The position numbers were made by a program, and so were the translations under genes. Of a stretch of 64,000 nucleotides of DNA, positions 13,087 through 27,100 are shown in pieces. The stretch is from Hemiscyllium ocellatum (Eukaryota). The notes under the pieces were generated by a model. It saw only the letters and a program-made list of their open reading frames with translations, did no database searches and was not told where the DNA came from. Every line of letters starts with the position of its first letter. The first letter of the stretch is position 1. The stretch covers positions 46,381,931-46,445,930 of the forward strand of contig NC_083420.1 in assembly GCF_020745735.1 (NCBI RefSeq), given 5' to 3'.

Positions 13087-13370
13087 GGGCAGCACGGTGA
13101 CTTGGTGGTTAGCACTGGTGCCTCACAACGCCAGGGACCCAGGTTTGTTTCTAGCAATTTGTGACTGTGTGGAGTTTGTATGTTCACCCCATGTCTGCAT
13201 GGCTTTATGCCGAATGCTTCAGTTTCCTCCCACAGGCCAAAGATGTGCAAGTTAGGTGGATTGGCCATGCTCAGTCGTCTGCTGTGTCTCGGGGTGTACA
13301 GACTATGTGGATTAGCCTTGATAATCTTCTGGTGCGGTGGTGGTGTCTCTACTCCTGGACTGAAAGGCCC
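13087..13370 (+). mobile_element. Diverged HE1-like V-SINE
   Basis: GGGCAGCACGGTG start and V-domain TGTGTGGAGTTTG..TTTCCTCCCACAG. Confidence 0.8.
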
Positions 13371-13734
13371 ACGTTCACATCCCACCTGCTTCTGACATCT
13401 CTGAACAGGTTGATTCGAAATACAAGTTAAATTAAAAGCGGGTTTACGGGAATAAGGATAGGAGTCGGGATGGAATGTCCTTCGGAGGGTCAGTGCGAAC
13501 CCGATTAGCCGAATGTTCTTTCCGCAACTTGATCAGGACAACTATTTGGTACCTCCGGGGAATTTTATTCAACATTCCAGAGCTGTGGGAATCGCGTTTA
13601 ATTTTGCGATTACCTAATAGGAACAAAATATTTTTACATTCTAAACTTTATTGCATTTGACAGAAGAACTGATGCAACACTAACCACACAAATGCCTGAC
13701 TCAGTGCAATTGGAATTGCAACCAGCAGAGCAAG

Positions 13735-14020
13735 ACACATGCGCACTCTCTGTGAGGAAAGGGAATTCTATTGGTCACATTTCGGGCCTGGTGCATTCTG
13801 GGTGTTGTAGTTTCAGTTTCCGTTGACACTGGATTAAATATCAGTTGGAGAACTACGACCCCCAGAGTGCAATAAGACAACGCTTTTTAAAAATTAAAAG
13901 TGAACTTTAATGCCGTCTACATCATTTGTTTGATACAATTTTAAACTGCTCAAACAAAAGGGATATTGGTTTATAGAAAAGGGTTGTTTAGTGAAAAGAA
14001 TGTATGACGCTTGCTTCCGG
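13735..14020. promoter_or_regulatory. SMCR8 promoter: paired ZNF143/THAP11-type motifs, CCAAT, NRF1-like and ETS sites
   Basis: AACTACAACACCCAGAATGCAC (13791-13812, -), AACTACGACCCCCAGAGTGCAA (13851-13872, +), ATTGG at 13770, CATGCGCA at 13738 and CTTCCGG at 14014. Confidence 0.75.
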
Positions 14021-14135
14021 TGAGGTGCTGCAGGTCAGATGGAAACAAAATGGTGGTGTGTGTGGAGGTGGTGGCGTTGCTAAGGGGGCTGCTCTTTCTG
14101 TATGCTTTACATGCTCGATTTGGGAAAGTGGAAAT

Positions 14136-16504
14136 ATGATCACTGCTCCTGATGTTGTGGCTCTTACCCATGAAGATGACTACGGGGAGCAGTATAATGA
14201 TGATTCGATGCCCCCTTTCCAATTTCAATCTGAAAATCCCTGGTCCAAGACGGCCACGGCTAAATTCGAGAAGGATTTCATTCTGATTTCCGAGTTTTCC
14301 GAGCAGGTAGGCCCTCAGCCTTTGTTAACCATCCCAGACAATGCCCGCGGTAACTTTGATCTCAACTATTTCTCTCTCAGGATCATGTCTGTGGATTATC
14401 AAGCCTCCTTTGTCGGTCACCCCCCTGGTACCAGCTATCCCAAGCTCAATTTTGTCGAGGACTCCAAGGTAGTTCTAGGGGACTCCAAGGAAGGGGCTTT
14501 CGCCTACGTCCATCATTTGACTCTGTACGACTTGGAGGCCAGAGGGTTTGTCAGGCCATTCTGTGTGGCTTACATTTCTGCTGATGAAAACAAGATTATG
14601 CAGCAGTTCCAGGAACTTTCAGATGATTTTTCTAAAGCCTCGGAGTGTTTGAAAACTGGAAACAGGAAGGCGTTTGCCAATGAACTGGAAAAGAAACTTC
14701 AGGATTTAGAGTACACACGAAATGTGCTACACAATGAAACAGAAATCCAGAAACGATCTAATGATAAAGGATATTACTCGTCTGTAGCAATTGAAAAAGC
14801 TAATGAATTAGCCAATGTGGAAAAGTGTATAATCGAACATCAAGATCTCTTAATGCAGATAAGAACTTACTCTCACAAAAAATCACAAGATGCAGACTAT
14901 TTCTCCTATGAGCCAGAATATGGCATGCAACAATCTGATGTTGGTTTGGAACAACTGTCAAACACTGATGAATTGTGTGAAAAAAATAGCTTTTCTGATA
15001 GAAGATCTTACACACCCAAGTTCACAAGAGCTAAATCAGCAAAATGCTTTGAAAAAAAGTTGAAAACCTTAGAAGAACTTTGTGATAGTTACTTTTTTAA
15101 TCAAACTCTGGAACAGCTTAAGCAGGTAGAGAAATTCTTCAGAGGTGATGTATGCTATTTGATTACCAGTCAGATTGAAAAAAAGTTGCTTCAACATCAG
15201 CGGTTAACCTCCTTTCTGTTTGAAGACCCACTACTCTTCACTGATGTAGAACAAACTGAAAAGCAACTGCGCAGTGATAAACTGCTTCCAGCTTTTAACA
15301 TTCTCAGTCCCAAGCTTTTAGTACACCCCTGCTTATCAAATGAAGCCACAAGCTTTGAATCATACAAGTCTTGTGTGGAGTCTGTGCCTATTAAATTGGA
15401 TCAGCAAGTCAATGCAGAGAGTTACCATGGGACAATTGCAGAATCTATACCATGTAAAAATCCTCTAGCATCTTCAGACTATCTTGAATTGGAAGGGAAA
15501 GAAAAAGGAAGTATTAGTAGTGGTGAAAGCATTGAAGTGCTCGGTACAGAAAAATCCTGCCCAGCCCCAGTATTTTCTAAGTCTGAGAGCCAAACAAACC
15601 TGCAATGCCAGCATCCAGAAACTGGAAGGCGGAAATTTGTTGTCACCAAGCGTACAAACAGTGAGGACAGCATTGAAGTTCTCAGTACTACTGAAGCCCT
15701 GATACCTGAAGATTTCAAGGCCACCTACCCGAGTGCAATATATGAAGAACCAGCTTTAGACAATGAAGAAGAGAAACAGCTGAGCACTGATCTTATGCAG
15801 CCTGATGCAAACCTGGACCAAGGTAATAGCTTCAGCAAGGCAGATTTTGAAAATACTATAACTCTGCCTGTTTTACCTGAGGCTGTAGACTCTACGTGTT
15901 GTATTGGGAAAGAGAGCCCCAGTTTTACTAAATCAGTACCTACATTTGTAACAGAAGAATATAATGGAGTAGTCAATGTTCCACCACAACGCAGTAAAAC
16001 CATGGATCAAATATTCCATAGTGATTTATCACAGCAAGTTGAGGGAAATGGATTATATTGTGCTGATGATCGAGTATTATCTAACTGTGAAAAGCAGTAC
16101 AATGATGTACCTGGCATAGGAGAAATAGCTCAAATTCCAGCTGATGAGTATTTGGATAACATGAGTTATATGAGTGCATCATTATATTCTGACAGGACTC
16201 CATCTCCAGCCTTGTCAAACTGTCCAACAAAAAGACTTTCTGGAAAGCACAAGAAGCAGTCTGGGAAGAATTCGCTATGGTTTATAAGACAATATTCTTT
16301 TGCACAACAGGCAATTTTTTCTTTATTGTCTGGCCGGACTCTTGTAATAGTGGGTGAGCAAGAAGGAAAAGTCAAAAAGCTTGTCAATGCTTTGTCAACA
16401 TTTGTCCCCCATTGTGGCAGGGATTCAGACTCAATAAAGCAGTGGGTAACATTTCCTTTGCAGATCAACCATTTACAGACCTGGAAACTCATAGGACTTC
16501 AGAG
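14136..16504 (+). CDS. SMCR8: SMCR8 (C9orf72-SMCR8-WDR41 complex subunit, DENN fold), coding exon 1
   Basis: MITAPDVVALT...DFILISEFSEQVGPQPLLTIP...HHLTLYDLEARGFVRPFC matches vertebrate SMCR8. Donor AG|GTGTGT after 16504 (phase 2). Confidence 0.97.
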
Positions 16505-18029
16505 GTGTGTATTTAAATATAGTCACAATGAAACTATGCTTAAGGTCAAGTTTACTTTGTAATTGATTCAGGTCAAACAAGATCAAAGCAATAAATCAGC
16601 TTACCACTGTGGATGCTTTTCAGAATGAAAGAATTGGTAAATTTAATAAATTTTGGGAAAATTGTACAATCAAACTTATCAATATCACTGACAACAATGA
16701 TTCCAAATATGGATCTAAGGGATAAATCTCTCAAAGCTCCTTTTGATAACCCTTTTATTTTACCATATATTGGCAAATCATCAAATGTTTATTTTTCTTA
16801 AATCAAAAAGTAATTCACATTCTAAAATGTTGGGACTATTGATAATGCTTGGAATTATAAATATACTGGATGATTTCTTGCTTAAAACTTTCATCTTATT
16901 TGCAAAAGACTAACTTGCTGCTTCACTGCTTGTAAGCACTCTGGTAGTGAGCACTATCTCATCACCTTATAACCTAAAAAATCCATTTGGTAAGATAAAT
17001 TTCAAACTGTTGGCTCCTTGTATAATGTCTCAAAATTTTATGTCTTTACAAAAATTGATTTGTGACATCAGTACAAATTTACTGTAGATTTCTCTCAAGA
17101 CAAACCTGGAGCTTTCTGACAGATCCGCTCCGAGCAGGACGGTAAAAACCCATTCAAACCACAAATATAAAACTGGCCTTACCACTAACAATCTTTGAGA
17201 GAACATTTTTTACAGTTTGTCTTCACTTTCAATAATGCTTGACCATTGTAAAATTTCTTGTTTAATTTTGTAGTCCCATCTCTCAACATTTTACATGACG
17301 TTTGTGTAGTTGTTGAAATGAACATAAAAGTAGACAATGGATGAATTTGTCATGTCTAACGTTAGTTAGATAGTTAGTTAGCAGCAAACATTTTGCATTT
17401 TATATGGTACATCCAGAACCAACAGCAGAATCAAATTCAAAATCACAAAAACTGTAAACCTGTAGGTCCTAATTGTTTCTCTGCACCTGCCAGAGTATAA
17501 TTATTTCTTATATTAAAAGTAGGTTTGATGATGTATTCCTTACTGAAATCATACAAATTACAGTCTGATACTACTTATTTTGATTCTGGTTACCGAAAGA
17601 AGCTGAGTTGATGCATTCTTAATGAACTGAATGCTCTTTACATAAATGTCATTGTTTAAACTCACTTCCATTCACGTTAGACATGAAAATTAATCATGGC
17701 TGGGGAGGTTCACCAGTTTGGTGCTATCCTCCTCGGTATGTCTACATTGCAGGAAGGTATGAAGGGTAGATACCAGATCGATAGTTGAACTACAAAAATC
17801 AAGATGAACACAACCAACTGCAAGTTGTAATCTGTAACTGTTGAGCTTCGCACTGGGCAAGTTCTGGTATAATTCCAGAGTAGTGTGAAAATGCATTTTT
17901 AATTTAATGGCAATTGCCGCTTTTACCTACTATCTTATGCTGGGTGGAAGCCATTCAGAATGTGAGCATGTTACTCTGTCACATGATGGTACTTTATTTT
18001 TCTTTATTCTGGTCTAGTACTGAATGTGG

Positions 18030-18422
18030 TGTTAAATAATATCTGTAAGAAATGCCATACAAAGTGCCCCTGAGGGTCTGCAGTCATTCCACCTTAAAGC
18101 AACATTGCAGCAACTTGCCTGGCTTAAAAAAGTTCCTTTTAAAAATGCAAGGCTGAGTCCAGAGAGGGGAATATGGCGATGAGATTTGTGATTTTTTCCT
18201 TGTGTCCGAAACTCTGTAAATAGAACAGGAAATGTGCCTGTGTGGTTGAAGAAATCAGTAGCTTCTGCTTTCATACTTGAGATGGTTGATATTCTGGAAA
18301 AGCCTGATTGCAGTCTATTTTCTGTACAGCTACACTGAGAGCTGGATCAGTATCAAGCACACTCTACGTGTAGATAAAGGGTGACTTGGTGACAGGATAC
18401 TGGCCTCTGTGGAGTTATTTCA
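18030..18422 (+). mobile_element. Candidate solo LTR in the SMCR8 intron
   Basis: The ends TGTTAAATAA...TTATTTCA form short inverted termini. The flanks GTGGT/GAGGT resemble a 5-bp TSD, and GATAAA lies about 45 bp from the end. Weak support. Confidence 0.35.
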
Positions 18423-18439
18423 GAGGTATATGTCAGATG

Positions 18440-20070
18440 TAGACAGCTGAGATCAAGTAAATTTCTTGGTGTAAATGGGGTGGAGGAGTACCCTTAAGAG
18501 GAAATCAGGAGGTCAGAAAGGGAACATCAGATAGCTTTGGTGGATAAGATTAAAGAGCATCCAAAGAGATTCTATGGTACATTAAGGGCAAAAGTGCAAT
18601 TAGGGAGAGAATGGGATTCCTTTTAAAGGCCAAAGAGGCCAATTATGTGTAGAACCACAAGAGATGGGTGAGATCTTAAACAAATATTTCGTACCAGTAT
18701 TTACTGTGGAAAAAGACGTGGAAGCTAGGGAACTCAGAACTAAAAAGCTGTCTTGAAAAGAGCTCATACTACAGAAGAGGAGGTGTTGGAGGTCTTAAAA
18801 TGCATAAAGGTAGATAAATCCCCAGGGCATAATCGAAAACTTTGGCATGGTAGATTGTTTAGTAAGGTTAGATCACATGGGATCTAGGAGGAGCTTGTCA
18901 ATTTGATACAAAATTAGCTTGAAGGTATGAGATAGAAAGTAGTGGTAACGTGTTGCTTTTCGGACAGGAGGCCTGTGACAGTGGTGTGCCATAAGGATCA
19001 ATGTTGAGTCCACTGCTTTTCATCATTTATATAAAAGATATGGATGGGAATATAGGAGGCACAGTTAGTAAGTTTTTGGATGACATCAAAATAAATGGTG
19101 TAGTGGACAGTGAAGAAGATTATCTCCGAGTACAATGGGACCTTGATGAGATGGAGTTTAATTTAGATGTTGAGGTGTTGCATTTTGGTAAGACAAACCA
19201 GAGTAGGACTTAGACAGTTAATGTTAGGACCCTTGGGAGTGCTGCCCAACAAGGCGACTGAGGGTTGCAGTGACTTTGCAGGTAGATAGGGTGGTGAAGA
19301 AGGCATGTGGCACACTTGCCTGTATTGGTCAGAACATTGAGTGTAGGAGTTAGGACATCATATTGTGTCTGTACGGAATATTGTTGATAGACAGGCAGGA
19401 GGCTAGAAGAACATAGCAAGCCAGGCAGCATCAGGAGGTGGAAAAGTCTGACTTGCCGTGTTCTTCCAGCCTCCTGCCAGTCTATTTTGGATTTCAGCAT
19501 CTGCAGTTTTTTGTTGTCTCTGTCTCTGGAAAGTGGTGAGGCCACATTTAGAATACTGTGTACAGTTCTGGTTACCCTTCTGTAGGAAGGATGTTGTTAT
19601 ACTTGATACCATTTAGAAAAGATTTACAAGGATTTTGCTGGGGTTGGGGAGTTTGAGTTATAGGGAGAGGCTGAATTGACTGGGGCCTTTTTCCCTGGAG
19701 TGTTGGACACTGAGAGGTGACCTTAGAAGTTCATAAAATCATAAGGAGCATAGGGTGAATAGCCAAAGTCTTTTTCTAAAGTGAGGAGTCCAAAACTAGA
19801 GGGCGTGTCTTTACGATGATTTGAAAGAGTCCTGAGGGGTAACATTTTCAAGCGGAGGGTGGTAGGTATATGGAATGAGCTGCCAGAGAAAGTGATGGAG
19901 GTTAGTACAATTGCAACATTTAAAAGGCATCTGGATGTGTATATGAATAGGAAGGGTTTAGAGGGATATGGGCCAAATGTTGGCAAATGACACGGAGTCA
20001 TACTAGGATGCCTGGCTGGCATGGACAAGTTGGACTGAAGGATCTGTATCCATCCTATATGAGTCTGTAT
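18440..20070 (+). mobile_element. CR1 LINE (HER1-like) fragment in the SMCR8 intron
   Basis: LSPLLFIIYIKDMD..SKFLDDIKI..VLHFGKTNQSRT, with the CR1 tail at about 20030-20070. Confidence 0.9.
19385..19527 (+). mobile_element. Small fold-back insertion, probably a Penelope terminal repeat, inside the CR1
   Basis: ATAGACAGGCAGGAGGCTAGAAGAACA is inverted against TGTTCTTCCAGCCTCCTGCCAGTCTAT, followed by a CAGCATCTGCAG tail shared with family A. Confidence 0.6.
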
Positions 20071-20167
20071 TAGAAGAGACACCTTTTACTAGTAACTATA
20101 TTGGGCAATCCAAGCAAGTTGTTAGTGTTCATCAAATGTTTAAACTGCTTGTGGTGTTAAATTATGG

Positions 20168-20213
20168 TATGACTATTGTCACTGATATGACTAACGTCGC
20201 TGATATGACTAAC
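20168..20213. repeat. 18-bp tandem repeat, about 2.5 copies
   Basis: GTCACTGATATGACTAAC / GTCGCTGATATGACTAAC, preceded by a partial copy. Confidence 0.8.
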
Positions 20214-20740
20214 ATACTTTTTTTTAAGCCCTGCTGCACTTCCTGGGGACATTTTGTTGAAATCTTTTAATTCAACCATCTTTGCCTTGGTTTTGTTGCT
20301 GCAAATAATGGTTGTTATGACTTCTAATGCCAGTTGAATCTTTTCCAGATGGTCAGTTCCCCCAAACATATGGGAACCAAATAAATTGCATTATGAAGGG
20401 GAAATAAAATCCTTTCCCAGATCTAATTGTGATAGTCATGCCTGCTGTTTTGAAGTTCACTATCTGGAGTTTTGCAATGCATTATTTTATCATTTTGGTA
20501 ATAACATTTAAAGCAAACTGTTATTGATTTGAAATGTTCACTTGCTCAAGGTTATCTTGAAGGATTTTATTATTCCATATTGAACATAAAAAGGCCAAAA
20601 TGGCAATTTTGAAATTGACATTGTTACTAAGTGTGTTTGAAATTGACATCGATAGTAGTAATTATGTATATATTCCCATTATGCATGAGCAGCCCTTTTA
20701 TGAATGAAGTGGTAATGTTCTATTTCTTTGGCTTTTCTAG

Positions 20741-21194
20741 AACAGCTTCTCCTCTGGGTACCAGTATTTTGCACTCCTTGAATCGGTACAGTCGCTATAT
20801 CAGCATACTAGACTGTGACAACAAAACTCTGCGTTGCCCACAATATAAAGGACAGCTAATCACCAGGCTGGCAGACCACAGGACTCAGATAAAGCGGGGC
20901 AGCACATATTACATGCATGTCCACAATATGTTGACCCAACTGTGTTCCCAAGCATTTCTCTATGCTTTCTGTCATCATCTGCACCTTCCCATTGATGAAA
21001 GAGAAACCGAAGAATTAGTCACATATCGAAGGGTAAACTTTTTAAAGCACCACCTGGGCTTGACGAATGATGATAGCAAGATTGTACAATACTTTGCAGA
21101 ATTGATAAAGATGCACTACCTACATGAACCTGGAAAGGGCTTAAATCCAGTTCTACGATTTAACTACACCTCCAGTGGCGTGTTTAAGATCTAG
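20741..21194 (+). CDS. SMCR8: SMCR8 coding exon 2
   Basis: Acceptor tttctag|A, then RYSRYISILDCDNKTLRCP..LADHRTQIKRGSTYY..FKI*. The spliced CDS is 2823 nt, or 940 aa. Confidence 0.97.
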
Positions 21195-24100
21195 TTCTGC
21201 CACATTCTCCATTCAATGCCGACATTTTAATTTGTACTTTGATTACAGAAAAGCATGATCTATTTCTGTTGGTTTTTCTTACATTGCTGTACTGTCATCT
21301 GCACTGTGAAAATTCATCAGTCTGACTATGGCAGATAAAGAAAGATTCAGCGTTTCCTATTTGGTGTTGTAGTGATGAGCATTTACAGATCTGGTAAACT
21401 GAAGTTTTTTTCAACCCAGTGTCCCAAGTTGTATTTTTAAAACATAGCAAGCTTGAGGCAGAAAATCTCAGATGATGTAATACACTGAGGGGAATAGCAT
21501 GCTGCAGTTTCCTGAGTCCTAGATGAAATAAGAACTCATAGTTCTTATTTAAGTATCTAAGTCTTTAGATCTATTCATCAACATATTGGGTGAACAGGAA
21601 AATTGAATTCCAGGTCAAGGTGTTACTAACTGTAGTTCAGATAAAGCACTACACCAAATGGAGCTCTGAAACTGAATATCACTCTGTCAGAGGCCTCTGA
21701 GATGTATACTGGCTTGAGATTGACAGAGCTGCTGGGTGAATTTTAGGAGTAAAGGACATGACAAATAGTGGCTAAACTTTCAGAACAATATTCAGCCTGT
21801 CTATCAGATTGTGTTTTGAAGATTTTGTCGAGGCGGGGGGCTTGGAGGAGTATATGCCAGTTTACCAAGTCAGCTGTAACGAAACAACAGTGACTTTGAC
21901 TTTGAACTGCCAAATGTGACCTCTAGATTATCGTTGAGGTGTTGGTTGTGTTGAAGCAGTAGCATAATAACAAGATTGCCTGTTGTTCTCCAGTATAAAA
22001 TGTGAAAAATAACTCTGTTATAGTCCTGGAAATAAATTTAGCTTTTTTAATAGGATGTGGTAGATTCCATGTCTGATATAAGGGTAAAGTGATAAGGTTA
22101 AATACCTCATAGTATTATGGCAGTAGATGCTTTTTCATGATGCATGATTTTATGATTGTTCATTCACTGTTGTCAACAAATATGATTGAAATCTCCTAAT
22201 CTTGTCTCCAGTAGCTTACACTGTGCCTGGATCTGTATGTAATCTGCATGCTGCCAGTATGTGAGCAGATCTCATTGTGGATTTGCAATGCCAGCACCTG
22301 GCCAAGTTTCGCCAGTGGTAAATGCTTATTTATTAGCAGCCCATTCTTGGGAAGGGCAAGGAGATAGAATAGAAATAAACTCATTTACATGTTAAAGTTA
22401 GCCCAACCACTTGATTCAATCCAGAGTGTTGCAATACCCATTTTTCTCCATCAGCACTTTGCTTAGTTTCAGAGGGAAATGAAATGCTGCATTGGGTTTG
22501 CAAAAGATTTGCATTTAAAATGGAAAATGGCTGTTTGTTTAGTTTTGTCGATGGTTTCATTCAACATTTTAATTAGGGGTGAAAAGTGCTCCATTTCAAG
22601 ATGTGGTCACATTGTATAAATGGAGTTTTTCACTTTGTTCATTTGAATACTGCTAAGTGGATGCCTCTATATATGGTGTTATAATGGCGGCTAGTTAGAG
22701 AAAAAGTTCTGGTTTGCTCTTCTATTCCTTCAAGTAGAATGATTGAGGGCTGTGTACAGATATTTTTGCCCTCTTACTCGGGAATGGCATGCAGCAAATA
22801 TGGTCCTGAAAAGTAAAGGAAGGAAAATAATGCTGCATCGTTTTGCATTCCAAAAAATAAAGAATAAACCCTAATCACGTTGACAGTATGACTGACTAAT
22901 ACAAATCCCAAGTCTTTGATCTGACTAGGCTGCCACAGACTGAAATAATACAACCCTATTATTCCTTTTTATGTAGATCCAACAACCAAGAAAAGAGAAT
23001 TTTAGTATCTACTTGGATTTCAAAAGAATTTTTGGATCGTGTCGAAATTTTGACTACTCGGCAGTTTCACATTTTCAGATCCTGTTTTGTTTGCTTGTTG
23101 CTCAGATAATACAGCACTTTAAGAAAACTTGCATGTAAAGCGTCCCCCAAAAGGGTTTCTGCAGAAAGCAAGCTGTTGTGAAATATAATGTCATGAAACT
23201 TAGCACCTTAACTTGGTTATCATGGTTAAAAATGAACAGCCTACTCCATTTTCCTTTTCCAGATTCAAACAGAAGAATGCTAGCTTTATTATTAATTATC
23301 TTCTGTCTCTGAAGTATTTCAATTGACTGTTTAAATATAAAAGCATCAAACATAATAGGACAATTATTGCATTGTTTTATTAATTCTGTTCACATGAAAC
23401 ATAACTGAAATATCAGGTGCATTTTGGACATGTAGACTTTTTTTTATCACATTGACAATCTCCTTTTCACTTTCACAATGCCAGTCTTGCAGTTAAATGT
23501 TATTGCACATTATATATATGGTTAAATATGAACAATCCAACCAAAGAATTTTCATTTATTATCATTTAGAAAACCTTTTGTGTTTTTTGTCTTATTTTTC
23601 CCCTATAGCTTGATTTTGTTTCTCTCAAAGGCAGTTCAGGTCATGCTTGACTGTTTGCTTAAAGATCTTCCTTTTCATCCTTTTTGTAGCCACTCTTCAG
23701 TTGTGAAAATAAGTAATAAGTACTGTCAGTCAAGAATTGAGAAAATGACAGCCATGTCTGAACCTATTCACACAATATGTATTTGCCAGAATAGTAATTT
23801 AAAGGAATCTCAACTGGCAACTTCCCTCCCAATTCCAGTAGTATTCATGTCATTGCTGCCCTGGCTCAAATTGATTAACTTGGCACATTCACAGGATTGA
23901 ATCAAAGACCTTGTGAACCATCTCAATTGTTAGTGTATTTTAAAGTTTAGTTCTGGCATCCTATAATGCAAGTACAAAATGGAGTTTTGTAAACTGGGTG
24001 ACATTGAGGAAAAACTATGGCTGAAAGGCCCCTGTCCAATTAAAAAAATTAGACTTTTTGATGCATTCAAAGTGTCAAGTTCTTTAGTTTCTGCAGTTTT

Positions 24101-27100
24101 TATGTATCTTTGCCTTAATGTGGTGGCAGTACAAGTTTAAACCCCAATCCAGAGGTGTCTAATCTAAACTGTAACTTCGTTACTATAGTAGGTGCTGTTT
24201 CATGATTTGACATGATCATGAAATGATGTCTGCCTTTCCAGCTGGAGAGCAGTTTTACTACCCTAGCCAACATTTTATCTTTCAAATTAACATCAATAAA
24301 ATAGATGACATTCTCATTGGTGTTTTCAGAATCTTGCTATGCAGAATCTATTTCTCTAAGTGACTACACTTGATAAGGTTGAACTGACTGTTGAACATTG
24401 ACACATCCTGAGCTTGTAAAAGATTCTTCCTGTCACTGAGCATTGAGTCATGTCACTCGGTATCTGCAACATTTGGGTAACTCTAACAGTGTGCTGCAGG
24501 TGAGCATTCTTTTCTGGAGGTCGATATCCTTAAGCTCTACTTTTACACTCTCTTCCTATTTCCCTCCACCACCCTATCCAAAAATACTCAAGCCTCTGAA
24601 TAATATATTTTACCTACAATGTTTCCTTTATGAAAATGTTCAATAAAGTTGACCTTGCTTACTCACCTCTCCCCTGAAACAATTTTCTAAAAGAAAATTC
24701 AGGTTTTTATTAATTTATTGATCCATATTTTAATTTCCTTTCTAGTTATATTTAAGGATGCACACTTGTTGGTTGCAGCCCTGTTCTGAGGATTTGCCTG
24801 AGTATTCAGACATTGTTGTTCTGGCAAGATGTTCATTGAGGAAAAATACTTCTGGAGTTCGCAGATGTACAACTGTTTCAAACAATTTATGTAGGATAGT
24901 CAAGAGTCAGAATCTAGTTTTCCTAATCATGACATAATTCTGAGATGACATCATCATAATAGTCCCTTAGTTTATACTCCATGTACTTCGGAATCACCTA
25001 GAATAATGTGCTCTAACATTTTCATAGTGCAACATTAACTTGCACACAACATTTTAGAAAAAGAATTTGAAGACGAAATGGAACCTATGTTTGAGATCTC
25101 TCCGTCATCTTGTCCTGGAGGCATTTATTTTTATTGGTTTAGGAGCTATTGGTGCTTTCTGCAACTTCTCACTGTGCTGTATATGAGCAAACTCTGAGAG
25201 TTGAAGCATGATACCTAGGTATTATCTGCCTCTGGTTTAGCATATCTCCCAGTCAGGATCACTAAAATGCAGTTGGAAACAGGATTTCTCACCAGCCCAG
25301 GAATGTTAGTTCTGTTACTTTTGTCAATTTTCTCAAGTGGTGTGGAAATATGAGATTATTAAAAATTGATATTATTTAATTAGACATCTTCCTTTGTTTT
25401 GAGAATTTATTTTTGTTCTGGAGCTGTGCATTTTTTTTTTTGGTGTTCCAATGTCTGGAATCTTCCATTGTAGCTGCTGATTCCTTTCTATACTTATAAT
25501 TTATTACTTTGTCTTATTTTCTTGTTTCCTAGTTCACCTTTTAAAGAGTGATAGAAATTAATAAATTGCATTTGAGCAAGCAGACCATGCACCTCCTGAC
25601 AAGTCATGTAACTGTATAATCTGGCTGAATACAAACTCTTTGAGATTCATTCAATTTATTTGAAGTGCTGCATTTTTGATGCTGGTTAATTCATTTGAAT
25701 CTAAATTTAAAAGCCCAATGAATGCATTGAACATTTCTCTATCGAATTTCTGTCAAATCTGTTGGTTTACTGAGGATTTGCTCTAAATGTCTGGGAACAG
25801 CAATAATGCAAAATGTGTAACTGCTCTGAAAGGCTGGAATATGAGTGAATAGAAAGCATCTATTTGCTGACCACATTAACATCCTACTAAACAATGCATG
25901 TTAACCAGCATGGTGTAACAGAACTGACAGTTAAACTTGGCTCAGCGCTAAACAATTTTGCATTGCTACAGTCTGAAAACAAAGTGTATAATTTTTAAAA
26001 GTACATTTAAAGATACCATGGGTTTCTGTCAAAACTTATTTTAGAAAGAAAAGTGTTTCTTTAAGAAACATTGTGAATACAGTTGTTTGCACTAATGCAT
26101 TGATTGCCTTCTTAACCCAACTCAGAACAACTTAATGCAACTATCATACAAAAAGCTCATGCTGACATAATTAGTCACTTAAGTAGTTAATTACAACTCT
26201 TATTTTAGTACAGGGGGTGATTTGTTGATTTGAATTGCATTTTAAGCTTATTTTTCTAATACCACCAGAAATATCCATTTTCCTGGACACAAAGGTCAGT
26301 AAGTGGGAGCAGAGACCTCTTGGGTATACATAAATCCATGGTACTTATGCAACTGAGCCAGGAGAAACTTGCCTACTGCATTTTCCTGGGACAAAACTTA
26401 AGTGAGCAGCATTCCAGAACACAAAACTCATGGTCATGAAAAAGAGCAACCTAGTGTGAGTGCACTGTTTTAGCCTGTGGCAAAGAGATATAGAAAATAT
26501 CCCATTTCTTTTTAAATAGCCTTTAGAGATCTTTTGTCTGAGCAAGCCTTGCGAATAGTCCATTCAATCTGCTAACATTCAAAAGCAATATTAGACAATG
26601 GAAGTAATGTCTAATGCGTAAGTCTGTGAGATGCCCAAATTGTGTCCAAAGGTGAGATAGTATTGGATTCTTTTCCATTCTTTGAATTTATGTGGTGTAG
26701 TCCAACATCAATCGGCATTGAAAGGTAGCTTCTCCTGAAACACAAGTTCTCAGCCAGCTTAGATGTATCTGGATGCTATTACTTACAGTAATCATTGCAT
26801 GCAGAAGCATGATATTTTCATTTGTTGAACAATGTGAATGTAATTTGAATTTTACCTTGTGTCCAGTAGCTGGTCAAAGATGGCTGAAACCTGTTTACAT
26901 GTGGGCATAAACACCTCTGTAACTGTATGAAGTAAGTAGTCAATGTGCATGAAGAATCACTAGCTAATATGGTTTCTTTTTCCAGGGTTAGAATGTAACA
27001 GTCTGATTTTATTTTATTTCTGAATTGTTTTCTAACTAGCGATTTGAGGAGACCATCAGTCATGTATTTAAAACTGTAATTATGTTGTATCAAACTGGAC

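Noticed and set aside
13648-13740. 30-aa hydrophobic ORF divergent from the SMCR8 promoter
   Set aside because: It is short, has a weak start context, overlaps promoter motifs and has no recognisable homology.
14004-14135. In-frame 44-aa N-terminal extension of the SMCR8 ORF
   Set aside because: Homology begins at MITAPDVV (14136). The upstream ATG lies among promoter motifs and the extension is low complexity.
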